A stretch of 64,000 nucleotides of DNA, from the NCBI GenBank assembly GCA_052327205.1, contig CM126205.1, forward strand, positions 201,314,001-201,378,000, read 5' to 3'. A program made the translations under genes and the position numbers. Below the pieces are notes generated by a model, which searched no databases, had not been told where the DNA came from, and saw only the letters and a program-made list of their open reading frames with translations. The stretch comes from Somniosus microcephalus (Eukaryota). Below, in pieces: positions 25,781-38,019 of this stretch (the stretch's first letter is position 1; every line of letters starts with the position of its first letter).

Positions 25781-26482
25781 CTCGTTAGCCCTCCCCAAAT
25801 GCATTACATCACACTTCTCCGGATTGAATTCCATTTGCCACTTTTCTTCCCACCTGACCAGATCATTGATAACTTCCTGCAGTTGACAGCTTTGTTCTGC
25901 CCACCTGACCAGTCCATTGATAACTTCCTCCAGTCTACAGCTTTCTTCCTCACTATCAACCACACTGCCAATTATTGTATCATCTGCAAACTTCTTACTC
26001 ATGCCCTCTATACTGAAGTCTAAATCACTGATATATATCACAAAAGACAAGGGACCTAGTACCGAGCCCTGTGGAACCCCACTGAAAACAGCATTCCAGT
26101 CACAAAAACACTCATCAACCATTACTCTTTGCTTCCTGCCACTGAGCCAATTTTGTATCCAACTTGCCACTTTCCCTTGGATCCCATGGGATCTTTTCTG
26201 ACCAGTTTGCCATGTGGGACCTTGTCAAAAGCCTTGCTAAAATCCATGTAGACTACATCAAATGCACTACCCTCATCAACCCTCCGAGTTACCTCCTCAA
26301 AAAAGTCAATCAAGTTAGTCAGACACGACCTTCCCTTAACAAATCCATGCCGACTGTCCTTGATTAATCTGTGCCTTTCTAAATGACGATTAATACTGTC
26401 CCTCAGAATTGTTTCCAATAATTTGTCCGCCACCGAGGTTAGGCTGACTGGTTTGTAATTACTCAAGACTATTCCTTTCTCC

Positions 26483-26772
26483 GCGGCGGCGGACCGAGGA
26501 TAAAAGCGGCGGCAGCAGCAGGTAGGCCCTACAGCAGCGGCGGAGCGAGGATAAAAGCGGCGGCAGCAGCAGGTAGGCCCCACAGCGGCGGCGGACCTGG
26601 GTGAAGCGGCGGCGGCGGAGTGAGGCTAAAAGCGGTGGCAGCAGCAGGTAGGCCCCACAGCGGCGGCCGACCTGGGTGAGGCGGCGGCGTGAGGTTAAAA
26701 GCGGCGGCAGCAGCAGGTAGGCCCCACAGCAGTGGCGGAGCGAGGATAAAAGCAGCGGCAGCAGCAGGTAGG
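26483..26772 (+). repeat. GC-rich tandem array in the CR1 5' UTR (5 units of ~50-75 bp)
   Basis: Five occurrences of a gcagcagcaggtaggc core, with two unit types in the order A-A-B-B-A. Confidence 0.9.
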
Positions 26773-29700
26773 CTTACCAATCTCAGAGCGGGAGACAGAG
26801 AAATAAAAAGTAATCGAAGTGTGAGATCACCAGAAAGCAGGTAAGTGATTGGTTGGTGAGTATTTCTCTCCTTTTTTCCCAAACTTAAATTTTGTGGTTT
26901 ATAGGGTGTCCGTGGTGTTGCGGGGACGGCTGGTAAACCAGGGCCCTTAAGTATATCATTTAAGTGAAGTGAAATTGGTGGGATTGATTTGATTTAATTT
27001 AATTTGAATTAATTAAAGGGTAAGTCATGACAGGAGAGCTCGGCCCCATGGTATGCTCCTCCTGTGCTATGTGGGAACTCAGGGACACTTCCTGTGTCCC
27101 TGACGACCATGTGTGCGGGAAGTGTATCCAGCTGCAGCTACTGACAGACCGCATTGCGGCGCTGCAACTGCGAGTGGATACATACAGGAGCATTCGCGAT
27201 GCTGAGGAGGTCGTGGATAACACGTTTAGGGAGTTGGTCACACCGCAGGTAAAGTCTGCACAGGCAGGAAGAAAATGGGTGACCACCAGGCAGAGTAGTA
27301 GGCGCAGGGGTCCCCTGTGGCTATCCCCCTCTCAAACAGATATACCGCTTTGGATATTGGTGAGGGAGATGGCTTATCAGAGGAAGGCAGCAGCAGCCAA
27401 CTTCCTGGCACCGTGGGTGGTTCTGCTGCACAGGACGGGAGGAAAAAGAGTGGGAGAGCTATAGTAATAGGGGATTCTATTGTAAGGGGAATAGATAGGC
27501 ATTTCTGCATCCGCAAACGAGACTCCAGGATGGTATGTTGCCTCCCTGGTGCAAGGGTCAAGGATGTCTCAGAACGGCTGCAGAACATTTTGGAAGGGGA
27601 GGGTGAACAGCCAGTTGTCGTGGTGCATATAGGTACCAACGATATAGGTAAAAAACAAGATGAGGTCCTAAAAGCTGAATATAGGGAGTTAGGAGGTAAA
27701 TTGAAAAAATAGGACCTCAAAGGTAGTAATCTCAGGATTGCTACCAGTGCTACGTGCTAGTCAGAGTAGAAATAGAAGGATATTTCAGATGAATACGTGG
27801 CTAGAGGAATGGTGCAAGGGGGAGGGGTTCAAATTCCTGGGACATTGGAACCGGTTCTGGGGGAGGTGGGACCAGTACAAAAACGGACGGTTTGCACCTG
27901 GGCAGGACCGGGACCGATGTCCTAGGGGGAGTGTTTGCTAGTGCTCTGGGGGAGGGTTTAAACTAAAATGGCAGGGGGTTGGGAACCTGAAGAGGGAGAC
28001 AGAGGAAAGGGAAACAAGGATAGAAGCAAAAGAAAGGAAGAAGAAAAACAAAGGTGGCAGTCAGAGAAATCAAGGGTTTAAATCAAACATGACCACGGTA
28101 AATAATAATTCTAAAAAGGTGTAAGAGTGTTAAAAAAACAAGCCTGAAGGCCTTGTGTCTTAATGCGAGGAGCATTTGTAATAAGGTGGATGAATTAGCT
28201 GCGCAAATAGAGGTAAACGGATGTGATATGATTGGGATTACGGAAACATGGCTCCAGGGTGACCAAGACTGGGAACTCAACAACCAGGGGTATTCAATAT
28301 TCAGGAAAGATAGGCAAAAAAAAGGTGGGGTAGCATTGCTGGTTAAAGAGGAGATTAACACAATTGAAAGGAAGGATATTAGCTCTGATGATGTGGAATC
28401 TGTATGGGTAGAACTGAGAAATACCAAGGGGCAGAAAACATTAGTGGGAGTGGTATACAGACCTCCAAACAGTAATGCGGAGGTTGGGGATGGCATTAAA
28501 CGGGAATTTAGAGATGCGTGCAATAAGGGCACAGCAGTTATCATGGGTGACTTTAATCTACATATAGATTGGGCTAACCAAATTAGTAACAATACTGTGG
28601 AGGAGGAATTCCTGGAGTGTATACGAGATGGTTTCCTGGACGAATATGTCGAGGAACCAACTAGAGATCAGGCCATCTTAGGCTGGGTATTATGTAATGA
28701 GAAAGGATTAATTAGCAATCTTGTTGTGCAAGGCCCCTTGGGTCAGAGCAATCATAATATGATAGAATTCTTCATTAAGATGGAGAGTGAAGTAGTTGAC
28801 TCAGAGACTAGGGTCCTGAATTTAAATAAAGGAAACTACGATGGTATGAGGCACGAGTTGGGAAGGATTGATTGGGGAATGTTACTCAAAGGGTTGACGG
28901 TGGATAGGCAATGGCAAACATTCAAAGATCGCATGGATGAACTACAGAATTTGTTCATCCCTGTTTGGCATAAAAATAAAACAAAAAAGGTGACTCAACC
29001 GTGGCTAACAAGGGAAATTAGGGATAGCATAAGATCCAAGGAGAAGACATTATAAATTGGCCAGAAAAAGCAGTAAACCTGAGGACTGGGAGCAGTTTGG
29101 GATTCAGCAAAGGAGGACAAAGGGTTTAATTAAGAGGGGGAAAATAGAGTATGAGAGTAAGCTTGCAGGGAACATAAAAACTGACTGTAAAAGCTTTTAT
29201 AGATATGTGATGAAGAGAAAAAGATTGGTGAAGTCAAGCGTAGGTCCCTTGCAGTCAGAATCAGGGGAATTTATAATGGGGAACAAAGAAATGGCAAACC
29301 AATTAAATACATACTTTGGTTCTGTCTTCACAAAGGAGGACACAAATAACCTCCCAGAGATGTCGGGGAACATAGGGTCTAATGAGAGGGAGGAACTGAA
29401 AGAAATCAGTATTTGTAGGGACATGGTGTTGGGGAAATTGACGGGATTGAAGGCCGATAAATCCCCAGGGCCTGATAATCTACATCCTAGGGTACTTAAG
29501 GAAGTGGCCCTAGAAATAGTAGATGCATTGCTGGTCATCTTCCAAAAATCGATAGACTCTGGAACAGTTCCCATGGATTGGAGGGTAGCTAATGTTACCC
29601 CACTATTCAAAAAAGGTGGTAGAGAGAAAACGGGGAATTACAGACCGGTAAGCCTGACATCGGTAGTGGGGAAAATGCTAGAGTCCATTATAAAAGATGT

Positions 29701-30061
29701 AATAGCAGAGCACTTGGAAAACAGTGACAGGATCGGACAAAGTCAACATGGATTTACAAAAGGTAAATTGTGCTTGACTAACCTACTGGAATTTTTTGAG
29801 GATGTAACTGGTAGAATAGATAAGGGAGAACCAGTGGATGTGGTGCATTTGGACTTTCAGAAGGCTTTCGATAAGGTCCCGCATAAGAGATTAGCGTGTA
29901 AAGTTAAGGCACATGGGATTGGGGGCAAGGTACTGACTTGGATTAAGAACTGGTTGGCAGACAGGAAGCAAAGAGTTGGAATAAACGGCTCTTTTTCCGA
30001 GTGGCAGGCAGTGACTAGTCAGGTACCGCAGGGATCGGTCCTAGGACCCCAGCTATTCACA

Positions 30062-30080
30062 ATATATATATATATATATA
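30062..30080. repeat. (AT)n microsatellite expansion inside the CR1 RT
   Basis: 19 nt here versus 9 nt (atatatatt) in the paralog at about 62828; a +10 nt frameshift. Confidence 0.9.
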
Positions 30081-33041
30081 AATGATCTAGACAAGGGAAC
30101 TAGATGTAATATCTCCAAGTTTGCAGACGACACAAAGCTGGGTGGGCGTGTGTGCTGTGAGGAGGATGCCAAGAAACTCCAGTATGATTTGGACAGGGTG
30201 GGTGATTGGGCAGAAGCGTGGCAGATGCAGTATAATGTGGATAAATGCGAGGTTATCCACTTTGGTGGCAAAAACAGGAAGGCAGATTATTATCTGAACC
30301 GCAATAGATTGGGAGAGGGAGAAGTGCAACGAGACCTGGGTGTCCTTGTGCACCAGTCGCTGAAGGTAAGCATGCAGGTGCAGCAGGAGGTTAAGAAGGC
30401 AAATGGTATGTTGGCCTTCGTAGCGAAAGGGTTCGAGTACAAGAACAAGGATGTCTTGCTGCAGTTGTACAGGGCCTTGGTGAGACCACACCTTGAGTAT
30501 TGTTTGCAGTTTTGGTCGCCTTATCTGAGGAAGGATGTTCTTGCCATGGAGGGAGTGCAGCCAAGATTCACCAGACTTATACCTGGGATGGCAGGAATGA
30601 CGTATGAGGAGAGATTGGGTCGATTGGGCTTATACTCGCTGGAGTTTAGAAGAATGAGAGGGGATCTCATTGAAACTTATAAAATTCTAACAGGACTGGA
30701 CAGACTAGATGCAGGAAGGATGTTCCCGATGGCCGGGGAGTCCAGAACCAGGGGTCACAGTCTAAGGATAAGGGGTAAGCCATTTAGGACAGAGATGAGG
30801 AGGAATTGCTTCACCTAGAGAGTGGTGAACCTGTGGAATTCTCTACCACAGAAGGCAGTGGAGGCCAATTCATTAAATATATTCAAGAAGGAGTTGGATA
30901 CATTTCTTAAGGCTAAAGGGATCAAGCAATATGGGGAGAAGGCAGGGACAGGGTACTGAAATTGGATGATCATCCATGATCTCATTGAATGGCAGAGCAG
31001 GCTTGAGAGGCCGAATGGCCTACTCCTGCTCCTATCTTCTATGTCTATGTTTCTATGTTTCCCTTTTTAAACAATGGTACAATGTCAGCTGTCCTCCAGT
31101 CCTCCGGCACCACAAGTGTAGCCAGAGAGGATTGGAAAATGATGGTCAGAGCCTCTGCTAGTTCCTCTTCTGCTTCTCTCAACAGCCTGGGTACATTTTA
31201 TCAGAGCCTGGCGATTTATGTATTTTCAAAGATGCTAAACCCTTAATATTTTCTCTCTATTTTTAAACTCATCTACTATTTCACACTCCTCCTCAACTAC
31301 AATGTCCGAATTGTCCCTCTCTTTTGTGATCTTCAACAAGAGAGAATCTAACCACCTTCCATTGACATGATCAGCCATGATCTTATTGAATGGCAGAGCA
31401 GGCTCGAGGGGCCGTATGGCCTACTCCTGTTCTTATGTCATTACATTGCATTACCATCATCCAACCCCCACCATCAACATCCTGGGGGTCACCATTGATC
31501 AGAAACTTAACTGCACCAGTCACATAAATAATATGGCTACAAGAGCATGTCAGAGGCTGGGTATTCGACAGCGAGTGACTCAACTCCTGACTCCCCAAAG
31601 CCTTTCTATCATCTACAAGGCACAAGTCAGGAGTGTGATGGAATACCCTCCACAATACTCTACTTGCCTGGATGAGTGCAGCTCCAACAACACTCCAGAA
31701 GCTTGACAGCATCCAGGACAAAGCAGCCCACTTGATTGGCATCCCATACACCACCTTATACATTCACTCCCTCCACCACCAGCGCAACATTACTGCAGTG
31801 TGTATCATCTACAAGATGCACTGTAGCAACTCACCAAGGCTTCTTCAACAGCACCTCCAAACTTGCGCCCTCGACCACATAGCAGGACAAGGCAGCAGGC
31901 GCATGGAAACACCACCAACTCCAAGTTCCCCTCCAAGTCACACACCATTTTGACTTGGAAATATAATCGCCGATCCTTCATCATCTCTGGATCAAAATCC
32001 TGGAACTCCCTACCTAACAGCACTGTGGGAGTACCTTTACCACACGACCAGCAGCGGTTTAAAAAGATGGCTCACCACCACCTTCTCAAGGGCAATTGGA
32101 GATGGGCAATAAATGCTGGACTTGCCAGTGACACCCATATCCTGTGAATAGGTGAACAAATTTTTTTTTTTAAACTCAAGAATGATTTAAATCATCACAT
32201 CTGCTATATTGGCCATCATTGACAACATACAGCTGCATGTATGTTAGTAAAAGGAAATCTTTTGCTCCAGTTTAGTTTTAGCAGCAGCTGTTTGTGTGTA
32301 TATCAACTAGGTCTCATTGTGCCCCATGTCATTGATTCGTGGTGATGGTCACATTACAGTATTAATGATTGCTGCTTCAGTACAGAATACTCGTCAACAA
32401 ATAATTTGCAGCTGATTGGAATTCTCTGCTGAATAAGAATTATTCTCTGCTGAGTAAGAATTATAACAATCTATATAACCTGTAATCGGTGACGGTGTTC
32501 ACGTTTTGCATAAAATTAATGATACACATCTTGCAACTCGAAGTTTCCTGTACCATATAAAAAAAGCTTAAAAACCTATTAATTATATGAATGGCAGAAA
32601 AAAATATTTGGCTACATAATAGCAATACTTCTTGCTTCTCTAAAATTTTGTAATGTATTTTGAAGTCTGCCCTTAATTTACATTAAGTGCACAGTGACTA
32701 CAACTGGTTGATTTTGAGTGTAAAAAAGCAATTTAAAATATAGTTGCAGTTTGCTCCTGTTAATTGAAAGTGAATTATCCAGTCATACAAATTAAGCAAT
32801 TTTAGTAAAACAGCACAGATGGCATTTTCTATATGATTTCAATTTGAATTAAGAGAATTTGATGCAAGCAACTTCAAATTAAGAGTCGACTGTAGATAAT
32901 CAGAAATTAGATACCATTGCTTTAAATATCACTATGGTTGTCCTGAATGATTGAAATTTTAAATCAGCATAATCTGAATTCTTCAGGTCTCACTGCATTT
33001 CCCAAAGCTATATTACATTCTGTTTTATGACAAAGATTTAC

Positions 33042-33310
33042 CCCTAGATCAAGCATCCCATTTTTCTTGATAAAATTGTTAGTTCCTTCCATGTTTTCTG
33101 TTTCCTCAAGGCTGCTGTAGTTTATACAGGAATCAGTCAGACTGCGGGGCAGGTTGGCACATGCCAGTGGTTCATGGGGCAGTTCAGGTATAGTCACTTG
33201 GTTACATAGTTTTCGCATGTGTTCACTGAAGAAATCGGAATATCCCACATTGAAGGAGGCTACTGTGGTATTGAAAGTGGCTACAGTGATTGTGGAAATC
33301 TGTGATCTCA
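33042..33310 (-). CDS. UNC80: UNC80 coding exon: (V)RSQISTITVATFNTTVASFNVGYSDFF...KNGMLDLG
   Basis: Acceptor tattttgcag, donor gtaaat, 269 nt, phase 1->0. Confidence 0.96.
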
Positions 33311-33395
33311 CTGCAAAATATAAAATTAGTTAAAGGTTTCGCTTCATGACTTTAAATTCAATTGTTAATATTTCAGACTTAAAACATAATATAAT

Positions 33396-34458
33396 GACTC
33401 AGAACTTCCTGGAACAGCGCAAACGGCAATGTTACCACCAATTACGCCATTTCGTGCCCCAATCTTTTCATGCAAATTTACTCCAAAGTTTTCTGGGAAG
33501 CTCATTTGAATAGACTACAGCCAGCATAATGGCAAATCAGGGACCTCAGAAGCAGCACAGCCAATGGCTTACCCCATCTGCATCAATTAAGCAGATCAAT
33601 ATTGGTATGACTTGGGTAATAGCATTCTGAATTTCAAATCCTTTCATTATGCTGAACTTGAACACATGCAGAAAATTGTTTGATATATACGCACTCAGCG
33701 GCTCTATTCAGTTTCAGGAACATTACAGATGTTACAGTTACAGATTTTTAAAAACTATTTATTTAGAAGATGACATTAGTAATTTAAGTTACCTACAAAG
33801 GCTCAGATTAAACAAACGGGGCAAAATTGGACTTAATTTCGCCTGTTTCTTAGAGTGAAAGAGGGGTAAAAATGTCCAATTTCACAAGACTGTGTCCCGC
33901 AGCCAGCTCAGATTAATCCAGAGGAATCCGGCAAGCTGCTTCAGGAGGCCCAACAGGTGCCAGCAACTTGCCAGAATTATTTAGATAAGGTACGAGGCCC
34001 AATTTCAGACGAGCCTCGGGGCTCTGGCTTCTGCTGCACACTTATGAGCGCACTGAAAACAGGCCTAAACTAATTTTTCCCCCATGCTCACTTTCATAAT
34101 GGCATATGTAGGCATTTCAGTGCCTTACAATTGCACATGATATACACTTAACCTAAATTCATTCACCTGCATCACAATTTTTCAGCCAAAGTGTCTGCAG
34201 TGAGAAAACTAGTGTAAATCCAGGAAATACATGATCGCCATGGAGGTGACTGGGGTCAGAGCTCTGATAATCAACTTTTCACGGTTTTGGCGAGGATGTT
34301 GTTGAAGAGGTGCAAAAGTCCCAAGAAATTATGGTGCGGCGTAAATAAAGGTGTAACTCACTTATACTAACATTTTATGAGATTTTTTCAGTGGAAAACA
34401 CACCCAGTGCCACAGATGTAGCATTACAATGACGCAAGTCTCCAGAAAATTCTGGGCC
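33396..34458. mobile_element. Harbinger-like MITE, with a second MITE nested at about 33818-34083
   Basis: TIRs gactcagaacttcctgga / tccagaaaattctgggcc. Inner ends ggggcaaaattgg...taatttttcccc. Confidence 0.65.
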
Positions 34459-34893
34459 ATTTAATATGTTATGAATATGTAATGCATAATAGTTTATAAT
34501 TTTTCCAATTAAATTAGTAATGTTTTGTTTATTTTACTCACTTTTTAGCTCCCACTAGGCCATGCACCATTCCCTAACAAAGAGGCAGGCATGTGATTTA
34601 ATTAAAAGTGTATGCCATTATCACTCTTAAGGTGTTTCATGAACAGCCTGGATTCACACTGCCCTGTGGCTTCCACAAATGGCACAGCTATGGTTAGCAC
34701 CCATCAGTTAAGCACACTAGTGTACAGAATTGAGTTTCACCATTGAAAGGTGCAGCAAGTTAGTACATTAATGAGGACATTTTGAATCTTGATTCAAGTT
34801 GATGAAACAACTTATTTTCTCAGTCTCATTTAAAAAGGGCATTTTTGTAAAAGGTATTTCAATACTTTTCCTAGTGGAACCATTTTGCACAAG

Positions 34894-35378
34894 GGGGTAG
34901 AGTTTCTGCTCGGTTGTGCTGGTTTCTTCGGCGCAATTCGCCCAAAATCAGTGTTACCCGGGCAAAAGATCACGGAATTTCAAACACAAGTTAAATTCAG
35001 CGCAAATCAAGTTTCCGTGATCTTTTGCACTAGTTTAAAAACATCGTATTAGAAGCTGGCCCCACACACAAAACTGGCTACTCCCCAGGATGCATTAATC
35101 ACTAGTGTGTGTTTCACAGAATCACAGAAACCCCACAGTGCAGATAGAGGCCATTTCCTCTAATTGTGCTTGCTTGCAGGCCTTCGAGGAGGCTCTAAAA
35201 ATTAAGCTGGTTCTTCTGGGTGCAAGGGCTCTAATAGGCATGTTTTAAAAGCTTTTGAAAGTTTTTTTAAAATTTACTAAGAAAGTTACTTTTTGTGATA
35301 TACCCATTTTCAACTGTATTAATTAAACTGCACCAAGTTACCAGTCGCCGATTGTGCCCAAAGCAGAAATTCTACCCC
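34894..35378. mobile_element. MITE (Harbinger-like), ~35 bp from a UNC80 splice donor
   Basis: TIRs ggggtagagtttctgct / agcagaaattctacccc. Internal similarity to about 19550-20190 (cacaaaactggc, atttactaagaaa). Confidence 0.75.
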
Positions 35379-35412
35379 GGGTGTCTGCAGCTTTAACCAC
35401 CGTACATCTTAC

Positions 35413-35553
35413 CTTCTTTAACTGTGTTGTCTCCATGACTGTTAGAGTGATCAGGTATGTCACTCAGCAAGGTGTGATGGGAATGGGAATGTTTAGCACT
35501 CAGGCTTTCCATTTCTGTTGCTGTATCTGAACTCCCCCGTCGGGTGAATTTTC
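35413..35553 (-). CDS. UNC80: UNC80 coding exon: (G)KFTRRGSSDTATEMESLSAKHSHSHHTLLSDIPDHSNSHGDNTVKE
   Basis: Acceptor tctttcacag, donor gtaaga, 141 nt, phase 1->1. Confidence 0.96.
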
Positions 35554-35761
35554 CTGTGAAAGAAGAACATTTTGTAAAAATGCATCCATAAAAATCCTCC
35601 GAGAAACACAGATACAAATGCCAGTGAAAACAAAAATATAACATATATAAAACTGTATGCCACAGAGGTTCAACCTTATGATTCCATATTTGCTGAATTC
35701 CTTAACAGAGTTAAGTCTTGAAATTACACTGTGCACAGATTATTGTTTGGACACTTAAAGT

Positions 35762-36551
35762 GGGCTGGATTTTCATTGAGGAGGCGGGACAACAACTTTC
35801 GGGTAGTCCCGCCTCCATCGAGTTGTAGCCAACCCACGCGATTTTGACTTGATTGACCTTATTGAACCCACCCAGCGGGCTCAGCAGACCAATTAAGGGC
35901 CACCTGGCAACAGGTGACGTCACAGATTGATATTTCAAAGGATTGTCAAGACCTTTGGACAGATGAAATATCAGCGTTCGACAGATGTTTGAAACTGTCA
36001 AACACTGACAATCTGTACTCCAAGTTAATTCCTTTCTCTGAGGATGATTTAGAGATCTCTCCGGAACAGAAAGCTGAATGCTGCAATTTTTGACAGATCG
36101 CGGCCATTCTGCTTTCTGTGCCGGGGAGATGAGGGACTCCTGAGACCTGAAGGAAGGAAGGCTGTAAAGCTAAGTAAAACTTCTTTAAACACACCAAACA
36201 CACTTACCTCTGCACTCATGCACCCATCACTCACCTGAACACCGGACATCTCGACCCCGCCAGCCCGACGGTCCGCCTCGCTAACTTGGCATGGTTTAGA
36301 GCCGTCGGGGATCCCACACTTCAAGAATGAAAATAGGGATTAGGCTAAACACTGCCTGTTAACAGGCAGTTCATTGGCACTAATCCCCTTCCAGCCTCAG
36401 GGAGGCGGGTCCCAGCGCAGGTTGGGTACCCGCCTCCTTTGAAACTGGCATGGAGGGGGGTTGGGGGCGGGATGGGTTCGTGCCCCCCCCCCACCCCGAT
36501 TTCGGGATTTTAACCCCCACACGCCTCCAAGGCCCAATGAAAATCCTGCCC
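35762..36551. mobile_element. GC-rich MITE (Harbinger-like)
   Basis: TIRs gggctggattttca / tgaaaatcctgccc (13/14 match). Confidence 0.78.
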
Positions 36552-37049
36552 TTAATGCTTTTGTAATAAATTCATTAGTTTACTATTAAATTATTTTTCC
36601 AAACACGTTAATGCCTCTGTTAAATTAGCAGTCTAAGCAATTTAATGACCCCATTAGGCATTATTTTACCAATATTTGCAGTGTAATTTTAAGGCTTTAG
36701 CATGTTGAGGAGAGACACCAAGCACAGCTCAAGCCCTTCCCAATCGTCAGGAAAGGGAAATTGAAGGGTTAGTTAATTGGTGTTCTTACGCACCTGGTGT
36801 TAGCTCAGTACTGAGATGATGAAAGGTATGGGAGTTTGACTGTTCTCAGTCAACAAATGGTGCATAGTACAGAGGAGGGCAAATCATTTAAATGTAGATA
36901 AATGGCAAAGGGCTAGTAAAGGCAAGTAAAACTCCCAATATGACCATTAAAAAACATTTTGTGGGAGGAAACAGAAATGCACAAGAACCATACACGTGAC
37001 AGCAAGATTAAGTTAGGTTAAGCAACTACATTTAATATTCTTGGCTCAC

Positions 37050-37266
37050 CTAGTATTGTAGCTTGCCAGCCCCCTCTCTCCAAACCACGCCTTTCTTCTC
37101 CAGTTCCAGAAAAGCTCCCAAATGAGAATGTGCTTCGAGTCGGTGACACATCTAAATGATCTTCATGAAGAAGAAATGGCATTCCCATACGTCGCTGCCT
37201 CTTTTTACCCGGGTGATGGAATGGGATTGAACCTTTGCGTTCACGCTCCTCTTTGCGACTCTTGAA
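37050..37266 (-). CDS. UNC80: UNC80 coding exon: FKSRKEERERKGSIPFHHPGKKR...GGWQATIL(G)
   Basis: 217 nt, phase 0->1, donor gtgagc. Overlaps ORF 37018-37275. Confidence 0.96.
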
Positions 37267-37741
37267 CTTGTACACCAGTAAGGTAATAATTTTTATTATT
37301 AAATAATATATTTGACGTGAGTCATATTAACAGTTAGGCGGCAGCAGCTTAAGTTTCTGAGCTAATGACCGAGATTTTCCGATTGACATTACTTTAACAT
37401 TGGCATAAATTCATTTATTTAGTTTAGTTACTGCCAGAATTAAAATAACTATGATCAAAAAATCTAGGCTGACGCCTCCATAAGCAAATATTAAACCAAT
37501 AAAAAGAAATCCCAATACTCCTGTAATTTAAATTAATGCCGACTCGAGCCCAATTTGTGTAGCTATTGGCACTCGACAGTACTGGCAATTGTTTCTTATA
37601 CGTTGATGGTGTATTACAGAGACGGGAACATAAGAGTAAATACCAATGATATGTGTAAGTGGAATATTGATTAAACCAGTAATATTGCTTTTAAAATTTA
37701 TTTTTTGTCTGGCCTAATAAATATTTATGAAAGATTATCAC

Positions 37742-37876
37742 CTTTTTGAAGATGTTCATTCCTAGATCAGTAGAAAGGTCTGGAACAGCCGGTCGTCTTA
37801 GGTTTGTCACGGACACCTTAGAAAATGTCTCAGAACTGAGGGATTTTTCCTCTTCATTGCACTTCATAGTAAGATC
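37742..37876 (-). CDS. UNC80: UNC80 coding exon: DLTMKCNEEEKSLSSETFSKVSVTNLRRPAVPDLSTDLGMNIFKK
   Basis: Acceptor ctttgcaag, donor gtgata, 135 nt, phase 0->0. Near-identical to vertebrate UNC80. Confidence 0.95.
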
Positions 37877-38019
37877 CTTGCAAAGACAGTGTAAACAATA
37901 AATGGGTCAAAATAAAATATTTCAGAAAAAATCTTTGATTTTTTAATTATTTATTTATTCACAAACACGGAGTGAAATTGGCCTTGGGTGGTAGCACAAA
38001 ACGAGTGACATCAAATCAA

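Larger units (their letters stand above)
26483..31058 (+). mobile_element. Full-length CR1 LINE: repeat-containing 5' UTR, ORF1 (Zn-finger/leucine zipper + SGNH esterase), ORF2 (APE-RT); a few disabling mutations
   Basis: ORF1 from ATG 27027 with CSSCAMW...CGKC, IVIGDSIVR and VVVHIGTND. ORF2 in pieces 28153-29055, 29057-30085, 30150-30958. CR1 stem-loop tail with (ctatgttt)n. Confidence 0.95.
24716..31330 (-). mobile_element. Degraded CR1 (pieces 24716-25416, 25781-26482, 31059-31330) hosting further insertions
   Basis: RT peptides [39 protein letters not shown]. The sequence resumes after 31058. A ~60-bp internal duplication lies at about 25850-25950. Confidence 0.85.
24610..32147 (+). mobile_element. 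Second 5'-truncated copy of the same single-ORF LINE family, split into 24610-24715 and 31331-32147 by a CR1 stack
   Basis: ...gcaatgaccat | tcttcaacaagagagaatctaaccacc... rejoins colinearly with 23845-23900. Confidence 0.85.

Noticed and set aside
26483-26772. Repeat array superficially resembling a CRISPR array
   Set aside because: The intervening segments are themselves repeated, there are no cas genes, and the array is the 5' UTR of a vertebrate CR1 element.
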